From: an uncultured Candidatus Saccharibacteria bacterium
Lineage (GTDB): Bacteria; Patescibacteriota; Saccharimonadia; Saccharimonadales; UBA10212
DNA length: 48,046 nucleotides
Reading direction: 5' to 3'
Assembly: GCA_964442325.1 (NCBI GenBank)
Contig: CAYTYX010000002.1
Coordinates: forward strand, 16,108-64,153
Under the pieces are notes generated by a model. That model was not told where the DNA came from. It worked only from the letters and a program-made list of their open reading frames with translations, and searched no databases. Positions 18,115-26,417 of the stretch are shown in pieces. The stretch's first letter is position 1. Each line of letters begins with the position of its first letter. The position numbers and the translations under genes are program-made.

Positions 18115-19308
18115 TTAAACCCGACTCGTTTCTTCTAGTTGCGACAGCAGGGCATCCTCTACCCACTCGTTTCTTAGGTAGCGGCTGATTAGCTCGTCCT
18201 TGACTGCTTGATTAAGGCTGTTGGCGGTAGCCGCTTGATGACTGATTTGATTGGCCGAGTTAATGGCTACATCCACCAGATTAAAAGAGATTGTCCTGTC
18301 TTTGGATTGCCCGATGTAATTAAGACCCAGCCACCAACGTAAATCCGGCTGGAGCTGACGTAGAACGGCTTCGGGGATTAGCAAGTCAAAGCCTTCCGTA
18401 TGCAACCTTTCAAACTGAGGCGGCAATTTCTTGCGAGGGATTTGACCATAGTGATAGACAAGATTCTGCCAGCTGACAGGCTGGCCAGCGAGCCTTCCGG
18501 CGCTAGCCGGCTGCCCAGCCAGAACATCGGCCACAAGTTTACTAAAGTCGGGGCTCATCTGGCTAAACTCCAGCCAACTGCTACTTAGGCGCAGGCTCTG
18601 CATAGCCTGTAGTACTAAAACCGCCAAGACTAAGCCGCGCGAAACACTCAAACGGGCTGGCCAAACTGCCACTGCACCAACCAATGGTACGTAGCCTACA
18701 ATTGCTCCGCGGTTAGGCAAATCCGCATAGAGCTTGGTGGACATAGCAATTATTTCGATTGGACGGTGCTCAAAGTCGCCGGCTTTGAGCCGAGCGCATT
18801 GCTTGGTAAAACGCTGACCCCAGCCGCTAGTTTCTAAAAATGGTGCGGCGGCTAAAATTTCCTCGACCGACTCGCGCTTAAGTAATGAATCCAGAGTCCG
18901 GTAATTAAGGTGTTTCATTGTGGCTTTGGGCGGGCAAGCTTTTAGGAGAGCCTTGGCAGTGGTATGTTTTAAGGCCCAGCAACTACGCGGCATATCGGCC
19001 TTGGCTAACTTTTTAATAATCAGCGGTAGCAGTGCTTCATGGCCGTGGCGGCCGGTAGCACCCAGTGTTCTGACAAACCGGTTTTCGTCCTGCTCAAAGC
19101 GGGCCAGTAGCGTGTGGTAGAGCTCCTGAGCAGTGGTGTCGGCTGGGTCGAGTCCCAGTTGGCTAGAGCGCTCAGCAGCAACTTTTTCAATTTCTAGTAC
19201 TAAATGGACGTCGATGGCTGGATGTCCGGCTAATTTTTCCAGGCCCATCACCAGTGCCGCTACATCGTTTTCATCCGCGCCTAGTAGCCGTGCCAGCGGG
19301 CGACTCAT
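18115..19308 (-). CDS. Hypothetical protein (397 aa, no recognisable domain)
   Basis: Long uninterrupted ORF, tightly packed between the PfkB kinase (4-nt gap) and the LOG-like gene (1-nt gap). No motif I can assign. Confidence 0.6.
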   Translation of the reverse strand: MSRPLARLLGADENDVAALVMGLEKLAGHPAIDVHLVLEIEKVAAERSSQLGLDPADTTAQELYHTLLARFEQDENRFVRTLGATGRHGHEALLPLIIKKLAKADMPRSCWALKHTTAKALLKACPPKATMKHLNYRTLDSLLKRESVEEILAAAPFLETSGWGQRFTKQCARLKAGDFEHRPIEIIAMSTKLYADLPNRGAIVGYVPLVGAVAVWPARLSVSRGLVLAVLVLQAMQSLRLSSSWLEFSQMSPDFSKLVADVLAGQPASAGRLAGQPVSWQNLVYHYGQIPRKKLPPQFERLHTEGFDLLIPEAVLRQLQPDLRWWLGLNYIGQSKDRTISFNLVDVAINSANQISHQAATANSLNQAVKDELISRYLRNEWVEDALLSQLEETSRV

Positions 19309-19312
19309 AAGG

Positions 19313-20317
19313 CTATATCCTCTCCGGATGATAGCTGGCTGGTGCGGTGTGCAGGTAATGATTTATCTCGGCCATATTAAGTAAGCCGGCCTGCGCACCG
19401 ACTTTTTGGACAACGCTCATTGCATTAATTGGGGCCATCAGCAGCGCCGACTCTATATCGGCGCCACGCGCCAGCGCCGCTACAAATGTTGAACTAAAAG
19501 CATCGCCCGCCCCGGTGCGCTCGTACGGCGGTCTGGGATCTGGGTAAATCGGCATCTTAAACCGACGACTGCCATCGCTGGCGTAGGCGCCCTTAGGCCC
19601 GTCGCTAATTAAAACTATCTTTGGCCCAAGCGCATGCAACTTATTAAATAGGTCGTGGATATCACTATGATTACCGCCGCTCACGGCTACGGCCTCTTCG
19701 CGGTTGACGCTCAAGACCTCTGTTCGCTCGTATATCCGCCGCAACTTCTTGGCACCCATTTCAATTTGGAAAGTGCCCGGGTTGAAAGCTAGTTTGATGG
19801 TCAGGTGCGCTTCTAGCCACTCCGCAATATAATCGTGGTACTCGCCGGCATACTTGCCAACGGAACTAAAATAGACCCATCGGGGTAGATCGCTAATATG
19901 AAAACGAGGCCAGCGGTAATTGTAGTCGACGCTGTTCACCAAGATGGTTCTTTCCTCCTTATACCAAAGGACGTAGTGATAATGGCTGGGCTTGCCGGTG
20001 TTAATACGGACAAAACGGGTATCGACATGGCTTGTCTGCAAAGCGTGAATAATATCACGCCCCCATGTATCTTCTCCGACATTAGACGCCAAGCCGGCGC
20101 TCAAACCAAGCTTCGCCGACGCAACGGCGGCATTGGCGGCATTACCGACGCCCTCGACTATTTCAGTGTGATCAAATGGCACTTTGGTGCCAAACGGAAT
20201 CGCCAGCCAATTGCCATCGGGCCGTTTCTCGACCCGCTCGTCCTCGTCGAGTAGTCTTATAAACGCATCGGTCACCACGTCGCCAACAGCTAAAATATCC
20301 AGCTGCTTTTCAATCAT
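19313..20317 (-). CDS. PfkB-family carbohydrate/sugar-phosphate kinase
   Basis: N-terminal ILAVGDVVTD and C-terminal TGAGDAFSSTFVAAL (PfkB signature 2). 334 aa. Confidence 0.85.
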   Translation of the reverse strand: MIEKQLDILAVGDVVTDAFIRLLDEDERVEKRPDGNWLAIPFGTKVPFDHTEIVEGVGNAANAAVASAKLGLSAGLASNVGEDTWGRDIIHALQTSHVDTRFVRINTGKPSHYHYVLWYKEERTILVNSVDYNYRWPRFHISDLPRWVYFSSVGKYAGEYHDYIAEWLEAHLTIKLAFNPGTFQIEMGAKKLRRIYERTEVLSVNREEAVAVSGGNHSDIHDLFNKLHALGPKIVLISDGPKGAYASDGSRRFKMPIYPDPRPPYERTGAGDAFSSTFVAALARGADIESALLMAPINAMSVVQKVGAQAGLLNMAEINHYLHTAPASYHPERI

Positions 20318-20366
20318 TTATCCCACCTGTTGCAGACCATAATTCTTACGCTAATTTTAACAGCTA

Positions 20367-21275
20367 CTAGTGGGCTTTGCCAGCGGAGTTAAAGTCGGCG
20401 ATTTTAGCCTCGGCCACTTTCTGGACAGCACTAATTACCTTATCCATCAGCTTGATGACGGCGTACTCGGTTGGGTTAGCGGCTAGTTCTTTTTCGAGCG
20501 TGCGTCGGTAGGCAATCCGCATATCGGTATTGATGTTAATCTTGGTGACACCGATTTTAACAGCTTCTATAAAGTAGTGACCCGGCGTATCGCTGCCGCC
20601 ATGCAAACTTATGTTACAGTCTATGGCTGAGCGGATTTCGGCCAGCAGCTCCAGGTCGAGCACTTTTGGTACCGGATAAACTCCGTGCAAATTGCCAACT
20701 TGGGCCGCAAAAGTTTCAATGCCGGTCTGGGCTACAAAATCAGCCGCGCCTTCGGGCGTGCTCAAATACTTTTTAATCTCCTCTCGGTCGATTGTCTCGG
20801 TATATAGATTTGATGAGCCCATAAAGTAGCGCTCCTCGGCCTCTACGATTGCGTCGGTTAGCTTGGCGGCCTCGACCACTTGGCGTGTTTTAGCAATAAT
20901 TTCCTCACGTGAGGCATCGTGGTTAGCTTGGCTGATATCAATATGGATGCACTCAAAACCGGCTTTTATGGCCGCCACGCAGTCCTCGACGGTTGGGCTA
21001 TGGTCCAAGTTAAGATACATTTCTAAGCCATACTGGCGCTTATAGTTATCAACCAAGTCTCGGACATTATCGAGGCCAATCATATCGGCCTCGGTCTTAC
21101 TTAGCTCGACAATAACCGGCGCTTTAAGAGCTGTCGCGGCGCGGGCTACAGCGATTAAAGTCTCTTGATTGTCGAGATTAAATGCACCGAACGCGAAGTG
21201 CTCGCGCCGGGCCCGCGCAAACGCTTCACGGGCCGCTTGGCAATTGCGCTTGGCTTGTTCCAGACTAACCGGCAT
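20367..21275 (-). CDS. fba: Class II fructose/ketose-bisphosphate aldolase
   Basis: FGAFNLDN, LNLDHS, ISLHGGSD and INTD motifs of the class II (metal-dependent) aldolase family. 302 aa. Confidence 0.85.
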   Translation of the reverse strand: MPVSLEQAKRNCQAAREAFARARREHFAFGAFNLDNQETLIAVARAATALKAPVIVELSKTEADMIGLDNVRDLVDNYKRQYGLEMYLNLDHSPTVEDCVAAIKAGFECIHIDISQANHDASREEIIAKTRQVVEAAKLTDAIVEAEERYFMGSSNLYTETIDREEIKKYLSTPEGAADFVAQTGIETFAAQVGNLHGVYPVPKVLDLELLAEIRSAIDCNISLHGGSDTPGHYFIEAVKIGVTKININTDMRIAYRRTLEKELAANPTEYAVIKLMDKVISAVQKVAEAKIADFNSAGKAH

Positions 21276-22249
21276 TAGCTTGTCCTTCTTTGAGCCAGCT
21301 GGCGATGAGCCGCTACAGCAATATGATGAGCGGTTAGACCAAAGTGTTTTAGCAGTTCTTCCGGCTTACCGGATTCACCAAAGTGGTCGTCCATACCAAT
21401 CCGCTTGAGCGGTGTCGGTAAGTTTTCGCCCAAAATTTCGGCAACGGCACCACCGAGTCCGCCGTTAATCTGACCTTCTTCAATCGTTATAACCCGGCCG
21501 GTTTTGCCGGCGCTGGCTAAAATCGTCACCTTATCGAGTGGTTTGAGCGTGGGAACATGGACGACTTCGGCGCTAACGCCGTCTTCTTCCAGTAGACGTG
21601 CCGCCAGCAGTGCTTGATAGGTCATTGTGCCAGTGGCGATTAAGCTGACGTCGCCACCTTGGCGCCAGACGTAAGCTTTGCCGATTTCAAACGGCGTAAC
21701 AGCAGTAGTAAATACCGGTGTAGCCTCACGGGCTACTCGCATGTAGTTAGGCCGTTTATCTACTACCATTGCCAGGGTGGCTTTTTGAGCCTCCACGGCG
21801 TCACCAGGCGCTAGCACCACCATATTGGGCAAAGCACGCATCAAGCTCAAATCCTCCAGCATCTGGTGAGTCGCGCCGTCGGCGCCGGTATATAGTCCGG
21901 CATGCGAACCGATGATTTTGACCGGCTGATTATTTATGGCGATGGTAGTGCGGATTTGTTCCCAGTTTCGGCCCGGGCTAAATGCAGCGTAGCTGGACGT
22001 AAACGGAAGTTTGCCGACTGCCGCTAACCCAGCCGCAACCGTTACTAGGTTTTGCTCCGCCACGCCAACTTGGACGAACCGCTCTGGAAACTTATCGGCG
22101 AATAGATTCATATGGGTTGATTCAGTTAAATCAGCGCAGAGCCCAACCACATTTGGGTATTTACCGCCGGCTTCAAGCAGGCCGCGGCCAAAACCGGCGC
22201 GGATTGGCTCCATCTTCAACTCGCCACGCGCCAAGTGTGTCTCAATCAT
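21275..22249 (-). CDS. Transketolase, C-terminal (pyrimidine-binding) subunit
   Basis: VGVAEQNLV...GSHAGLYTGADGATHQ motifs. 324 aa. Paired with the N-terminal subunit gene upstream. Confidence 0.9.
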   Translation of the reverse strand: MIETHLARGELKMEPIRAGFGRGLLEAGGKYPNVVGLCADLTESTHMNLFADKFPERFVQVGVAEQNLVTVAAGLAAVGKLPFTSSYAAFSPGRNWEQIRTTIAINNQPVKIIGSHAGLYTGADGATHQMLEDLSLMRALPNMVVLAPGDAVEAQKATLAMVVDKRPNYMRVAREATPVFTTAVTPFEIGKAYVWRQGGDVSLIATGTMTYQALLAARLLEEDGVSAEVVHVPTLKPLDKVTILASAGKTGRVITIEEGQINGGLGGAVAEILGENLPTPLKRIGMDDHFGESGKPEELLKHFGLTAHHIAVAAHRQLAQRRTS

Positions 22250-22286
22250 CTATTTAGTCCTTTCTCTTTGGCGGAAGAGCGAGTAT

Positions 22287-22366
22287 TCGTTCAAAAGTGG
22301 GTCAAGCGTAGCGCAACCCGAATAACCAGCTGGATTATCCGGCGTGCAGCGCACACTTTTGAACGA
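22287..22366 (-). other. Extended ~80-nt hairpin element in the spacer between the transketolase subunit genes
   Basis: 13-bp perfect inverted repeat TCGTTCAAAAGTG (22287-99) / CACTTTTGAACGA (22354-66). It encloses a nested hairpin centred on CCAGCTGG. Confidence 0.5.
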
Positions 22367-22377
22367 TATGCGAGCGG

Positions 22378-23247
22378 TCATTTCTCGTGCTCCGATTTAA
22401 TTCGGCCACCCAAAGTTCGCAGTTCATGGAGGGCTTTTTTGGCCTCGGCAGCATCGGGTGCTTTACCGTGCCAATGGAAGTCATACTCCATAAAGTCCAC
22501 ACCCTTGCCCGGCACCGTGTGAGCGATTATTACCACCGGTTTATTCTCAATCGCGCGGGCTTCGTCGCAAGCTTTAATAACCGCCGCGATATCGTTGCCA
22601 TCAATCTCTAGCACCTGCCAGCCGAAGGCCTGCCACTTGGCGACCAGATTTTCCAGCGGCATAACAGTCTCGGTCGGGCCTTCGATCTGAATATTATTGC
22701 GATCAACAATGGCGATTAGATTATTTAGTTTGTACTTAGCGGCTAACATCACGGCTTCCCAGGAATTACCTTCGTCAAGTTCACCGTCACTCATAACGCA
22801 GTAAACCCAGCGGTGGGTAACGCTGTCGATTTTGAGTCCTATGGCCATACCGACAGCCTGGCTCAAGCCAGAGCCAAGCGGGCCGCTGGTAGTTTCTAAC
22901 CCTGGCAAGCGCAAACGTTCCGGGTGGCCTTGCAAGCGAGAGCCAAATTGGCGAAGTGTTAGTAACTCTTCGCGAGGAAAATAACCGGCGTGGGTCATGG
23001 CCGCGTAGCGCACTGGCACGCAGTGGCCATTACTTAAAACTAGGATGTCGCGCTCCGGCCAGTTAGGGTCGTGGGGTTTATGTTCTAGAACATCAAAATA
23101 TAGCGCCGTAAAAATATCGGCTAACCCCAGCGGTCCGGCGGAGTGACCGCTGCCGGCGCGCAAAAGCATTTTAATGATATCTTCGCGGATATCATTAGCG
23201 ATTTTTTCTAGCTCCGGCACAGAATACCGCTTAGTTTGCCCACTCAT
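22378..23247 (-). CDS. Transketolase, N-terminal (TPP-binding) subunit
   Basis: SGHSAGPLG, GHP...GPLGSGLSQAVG and DGELDEGNSWEA motifs. 289 aa. Confidence 0.9.
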   Translation of the reverse strand: MSGQTKRYSVPELEKIANDIREDIIKMLLRAGSGHSAGPLGLADIFTALYFDVLEHKPHDPNWPERDILVLSNGHCVPVRYAAMTHAGYFPREELLTLRQFGSRLQGHPERLRLPGLETTSGPLGSGLSQAVGMAIGLKIDSVTHRWVYCVMSDGELDEGNSWEAVMLAAKYKLNNLIAIVDRNNIQIEGPTETVMPLENLVAKWQAFGWQVLEIDGNDIAAVIKACDEARAIENKPVVIIAHTVPGKGVDFMEYDFHWHGKAPDAAEAKKALHELRTLGGRIKSEHEK

Positions 23248-23277
23248 CTTGTTTATGATTATAGCGCGAAAAGCTGC

Positions 23278-23925
23278 CTATGTCGTCCCTGTTTCATCGG
23301 CAATGCGTTGCAGGGCTTTGAAAGTCCGCTCCGGGTCGGGCGAGTTTTGAATAAAGCCGCCAACGTTTAGCACATCAACTCCGCCAGCGCTCAAAATTGA
23401 CACGTTCTGGTCGTTAATGCCGCCGTCCCAACCGATTTCAATTTCCGGCCGGCGACTTTTTATAAACTCGATTTTCTTAATTAATTCCAAGTCGGCGCGA
23501 CTGCCACCCTGATAGCCCAAATTACCGCTAAAAATCAAGACGTGCTCGGCTGGCTCAATTAATGGCCGCGCTTCTTCGGCCGAAGTGTCGGGTAGAAGTG
23601 CAATACCAAGCCCAACCTCGGCCTGATGACAAAGCTTGGTGATTTTTTTGAAGTCGGTATCGGCTTCGGCATGGACAATTATTAGATTGGGCGAGTGCTC
23701 TACCAATCGTTCCACGGCTGACAGCGGATCGATATACATTAAGTGAATATCAGCTGCCACGCCTGCCGGCCACCAGACTTCAGCCGGTTCCACAGTTTTA
23801 TGCTCGGCAAACTGGCCGTCGGTTAGGTCAATCTGGATGCGCTGCGCAAAGCCGGCAACCTTCTTGAGCTGGGTGGCATATTGCTCGGGAGTTTCGGCTG
23901 TGATAGTTGGGCAGATGATTGGCAT
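23278..23925 (-). CDS. rpe: Ribulose-phosphate-binding-barrel protein, probably ribulose-phosphate 3-epimerase
   Basis: 215 aa. Contains IQIDLTDGQF and a GGI...VGG C-terminal phosphate-binding pattern, in a pentose-phosphate operon context. The sequence is divergent, so the exact activity is uncertain. Confidence 0.6.
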   Translation of the reverse strand: MPIICPTITAETPEQYATQLKKVAGFAQRIQIDLTDGQFAEHKTVEPAEVWWPAGVAADIHLMYIDPLSAVERLVEHSPNLIIVHAEADTDFKKITKLCHQAEVGLGIALLPDTSAEEARPLIEPAEHVLIFSGNLGYQGGSRADLELIKKIEFIKSRRPEIEIGWDGGINDQNVSILSAGGVDVLNVGGFIQNSPDPERTFKALQRIADETGTT

Positions 23926-23929
23926 TTCT

Positions 23930-24424
23930 TTAGCTTTCTTTATCGAGCTTGGTGTTGCGGCGAGCGTGGCGCGCTTCGCCTGAAAACTCGGTATCGAGCC
24001 AGAGCTTTACGGCGTTTTTGGCATCGGGCAAAGCTAAGAACCTGGCACCCAAACTCAGTATATTGGCATCATTATGTAAGCGACTTAAGCGAATAATTTC
24101 ATATGGATCGTGACTGATTCGCCCGTTGACGTCAACTACGCCACGAGCTGACAGGGGTCCGTAAAAAACAGCGCAGCGCACGCCTTTGATACGATTAGCG
24201 GCCATTGCCTCCCCCTCACCATCACCGCCAATCACGACTCCGCGCTCACATAAGCCGCCGGCTACTGCCTTAGCGGCTGGCAGAACAAAGTCAGGGTAAT
24301 CGTCTTTTGGGTCCAGCTTTTCGGGACCAAAATCAACCGGGCTATGGCCGAGTTCCACTAAATATGCCTTGAGCTCGGCGCTCAGGGTAAAGCCAGCGTG
24401 GTCGGCGGCAATAGCAATCTTCAT
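23930..24424 (-). CDS. rpiB: Ribose 5-phosphate isomerase B (RpiB/LacA/LacB family)
   Basis: MKIAIAADHAGF...CERGVVIGGDGEG...RLHNDANILSLGARF. Its start forms an ATGA overlap with the gap stop. Confidence 0.85.
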   Translation of the reverse strand: MKIAIAADHAGFTLSAELKAYLVELGHSPVDFGPEKLDPKDDYPDFVLPAAKAVAGGLCERGVVIGGDGEGEAMAANRIKGVRCAVFYGPLSARGVVDVNGRISHDPYEIIRLSRLHNDANILSLGARFLALPDAKNAVKLWLDTEFSGEARHARRNTKLDKES

Positions 24425-25584
24425 ACTCTGGGATTAGGATTTGTGGATTCTGGTGGAGCAGCCACCGGAATTGTCATTGGCGCAGTTGGCGGTTCGCTTA
24501 GTGTAGCAGGAGTCGGTGGAGTCGGTGCATGTTCTTTGGTTGGTGACGTAGCCTCAACCGGTGCGGCTTGGTTACTGCCGTCTAGCGCTCGGCCAGTATC
24601 GGCCACTAGCTCAACTAAGCGATTGCAGTAACCCCATTCGTTGTCATACCAAGCCACCACTTTAAGTAGGTTACCGCCTACGACATCTGTAAGACTTAAG
24701 TCAACTATGGCCGAGTGGCTATTGCCAATAAAATCGCTGCTCACCAGCGGTTCTTCAGTCACTGTCAGGATACCCTGATAGTAGGGGTTAGCCGCGGCTT
24801 TTTTGAAGGCCGCATTGACGGCCTCGACAGTAACCGGTTGTTTGGTAACAATCGCGAAGTCGCTCAAAGATACAACCGGCGTTGGCACACGAATCGATAG
24901 CCCGCCGAACAGTCCCTTTAACTCGGGCAGGGCTTCGGTAGCGGCAATTGTGGCACCGGTAGTTGTTGGCACGATATTTTCGGCGGCGTTGCGTGCCCGC
25001 CTTAGATCCTTATGTGGCGCATCCTGCAAGCGTTGGTCGGCCGTGTAGCTATGGATGGTCGTCATCATTGCTTTGTCTATGCCAAACGCGCTGTGCAAAA
25101 CGGCCATCACCGGCGCAATGCAGTTGGTGGTACAGCTGGCATTACTGATGATTTCACCGGCAGTTGGCAGCTTATCTTCGTTGACACCCAGCACTATAGT
25201 TTGCGCGCCATCACCTTTGGCCGGGGCGGTTAATACGACCTTTTTGGCGCCGGCAGTTATGTGCGCCCGGGCTTTGGCTGGATCGTCAAACACGCCGGTA
25301 GATTCTATAACAACTTCAACACCAAGGTCTTTCCATGGCAGTGCGCCGGGGTCTTTCTGGGACAGGACCTGAACCGGTTTGCCCTCGACGATTATATTTT
25401 TATCGTCAAACGTGACATCTTTGGCATAGGTCCCGTAGTTGGTGTCGTGCTTGAGCAGATGCGCCAGGGTTTTGGTATCGGTTAGGTCGTTGATGGCTAC
25501 GATCTGCAAGTCGGGCCGCTCAAAAGCAATCTTAAAAGCATTACGGCCAATCCGTCCAAATCCGTTGATTGCAATTTTTGTCAT
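24421..25584 (-). CDS. gap: Type I glyceraldehyde-3-phosphate dehydrogenase with a 53-aa Pro/Thr/Ala-rich C-terminal tail
   Basis: INGFGRIGR, SNASCTTNC and WYDNEWGY motifs. The canonical end is near ...VADTGRAL, followed by DGSNQAAPVEATSPTKEHAPTPPTPATLSEPPTAPMTIPVAAPPESTNPNPRV. Confidence 0.95.
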   Translation of the reverse strand: MTKIAINGFGRIGRNAFKIAFERPDLQIVAINDLTDTKTLAHLLKHDTNYGTYAKDVTFDDKNIIVEGKPVQVLSQKDPGALPWKDLGVEVVIESTGVFDDPAKARAHITAGAKKVVLTAPAKGDGAQTIVLGVNEDKLPTAGEIISNASCTTNCIAPVMAVLHSAFGIDKAMMTTIHSYTADQRLQDAPHKDLRRARNAAENIVPTTTGATIAATEALPELKGLFGGLSIRVPTPVVSLSDFAIVTKQPVTVEAVNAAFKKAAANPYYQGILTVTEEPLVSSDFIGNSHSAIVDLSLTDVVGGNLLKVVAWYDNEWGYCNRLVELVADTGRALDGSNQAAPVEATSPTKEHAPTPPTPATLSEPPTAPMTIPVAAPPESTNPNPRV

Positions 25585-25723
25585 TTACCCACCATCATTG
25601 CTCTAATTCTAGGGGTTTAAGCTTAAGCTTTCAACCTTTATAGCGGTCAATCGACTCTTTAATGATTTTTTGGGCAGACGAACATCTTTTTTTCTCCCGA
25701 ACATTGTACACTTTAGGCAGTAG

Positions 25724-26323
25724 ATGACGAACTTAAAAATCATCGGACACCGCGGCGCCCGCGGACTAGCACCCGAAAACACCATTGAAGGCCTGAAGAA
25801 AGCGTTGGAACTTGGCATTGATATGATTGAATTTGATGTAAGGGTGACTAGTGCCGGCGTACCGGTTCTTTATCATAACCGTTTGCCACAAGATACAAGC
25901 AGATTAGCCACACTAGATGAGGCCTTAAAGTCTATAGACGGCAAGATGGCACTATATATTGAAGTCAAGTCTGGTGAGCCGGTTGAGCCAATTGTAAAAG
26001 TCTTAAAAAATTACCGGGGCAAGTTTTACCTGGCCAGCAAAAACCAACCAACCCTGCTCTTGCTACATAAACTTATGCCAACAGTCCCAAAGATAGTGAT
26101 TGAATCGTGGAGTGGCATTATAGCTACGCGCCGGGCCAAACAAGTTGATACTAAAATTTTGGCAATGAATCAGCTGTGGCTGTGGAGCGGTTTTATCACC
26201 GCCATGTCCCGCGGCGGCTACCAACTCTACGCCTATACACTCAACAATCCTGCCAAAGCCAAGCGCTGGGCTAAATTTGGGCTAGCCGGCGTAGTAACTG
26301 ACTTCCCCGACCGATTCCGATAA
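25724..26323 (+). CDS. Glycerophosphodiester phosphodiesterase family protein
   Basis: IIGHRGARGLAPENT...IEFDVRVT (GDPD catalytic His/Arg/Glu/Asp pattern). 199 aa, which is short for the family. Confidence 0.8.
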   Translation: MTNLKIIGHRGARGLAPENTIEGLKKALELGIDMIEFDVRVTSAGVPVLYHNRLPQDTSRLATLDEALKSIDGKMALYIEVKSGEPVEPIVKVLKNYRGKFYLASKNQPTLLLLHKLMPTVPKIVIESWSGIIATRRAKQVDTKILAMNQLWLWSGFITAMSRGGYQLYAYTLNNPAKAKRWAKFGLAGVVTDFPDRFR

Positions 26324-26384
26324 ATTATTCTGCTTCGGGAAGAGCAGACCAAGTCGGCGGCATTTATTGCCGCGACCTGGCTCG

Positions 26385-26412
26385 ATGAGAAACCTCCGAA
26401 GGGGTTTCTCAT
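26385..26412. terminator. 10-bp perfect hairpin between convergent genes (GDPD and trxB)
   Basis: ATGAGAAACC (26385-94), loop TCCGAAGG, GGTTTCTCAT (26403-12). Two weaker hairpins lie at 26330-47 and about 26357-72. There is no clear U-tract on either strand. Confidence 0.5.
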
Positions 26413-26417
26413 AGTGG

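Noticed and set aside
22250-22377. TPP riboswitch upstream of the transketolase C-terminal subunit gene. Transketolase is TPP-dependent, and the RNA contains GGAUAAUCCAGCUGG, which loosely recalls the THI-box CUGGAUAAUGCCAGC.
   Set aside because: I could not find the conserved CUGAGA element or the rest of the THI-box architecture. The fold is a simple rod-like hairpin. Regulating an enzyme gene by its cofactor via a riboswitch here would also be atypical.
21275-23247. Split transketolase as a frameshifted pseudogene.
   Set aside because: The two ORFs correspond cleanly to the N-terminal TPP-binding and C-terminal pyrimidine-binding/transketolase-C halves. Each has its own start codon. This two-subunit organisation is well known in several bacterial and archaeal lineages.
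25609-25818. 69-aa minus-strand ORF in the gap/GDPD divergent region.
   Set aside because: It overlaps the 5' end of the well-supported GDPD gene, has no RBS, and its product is low-complexity.
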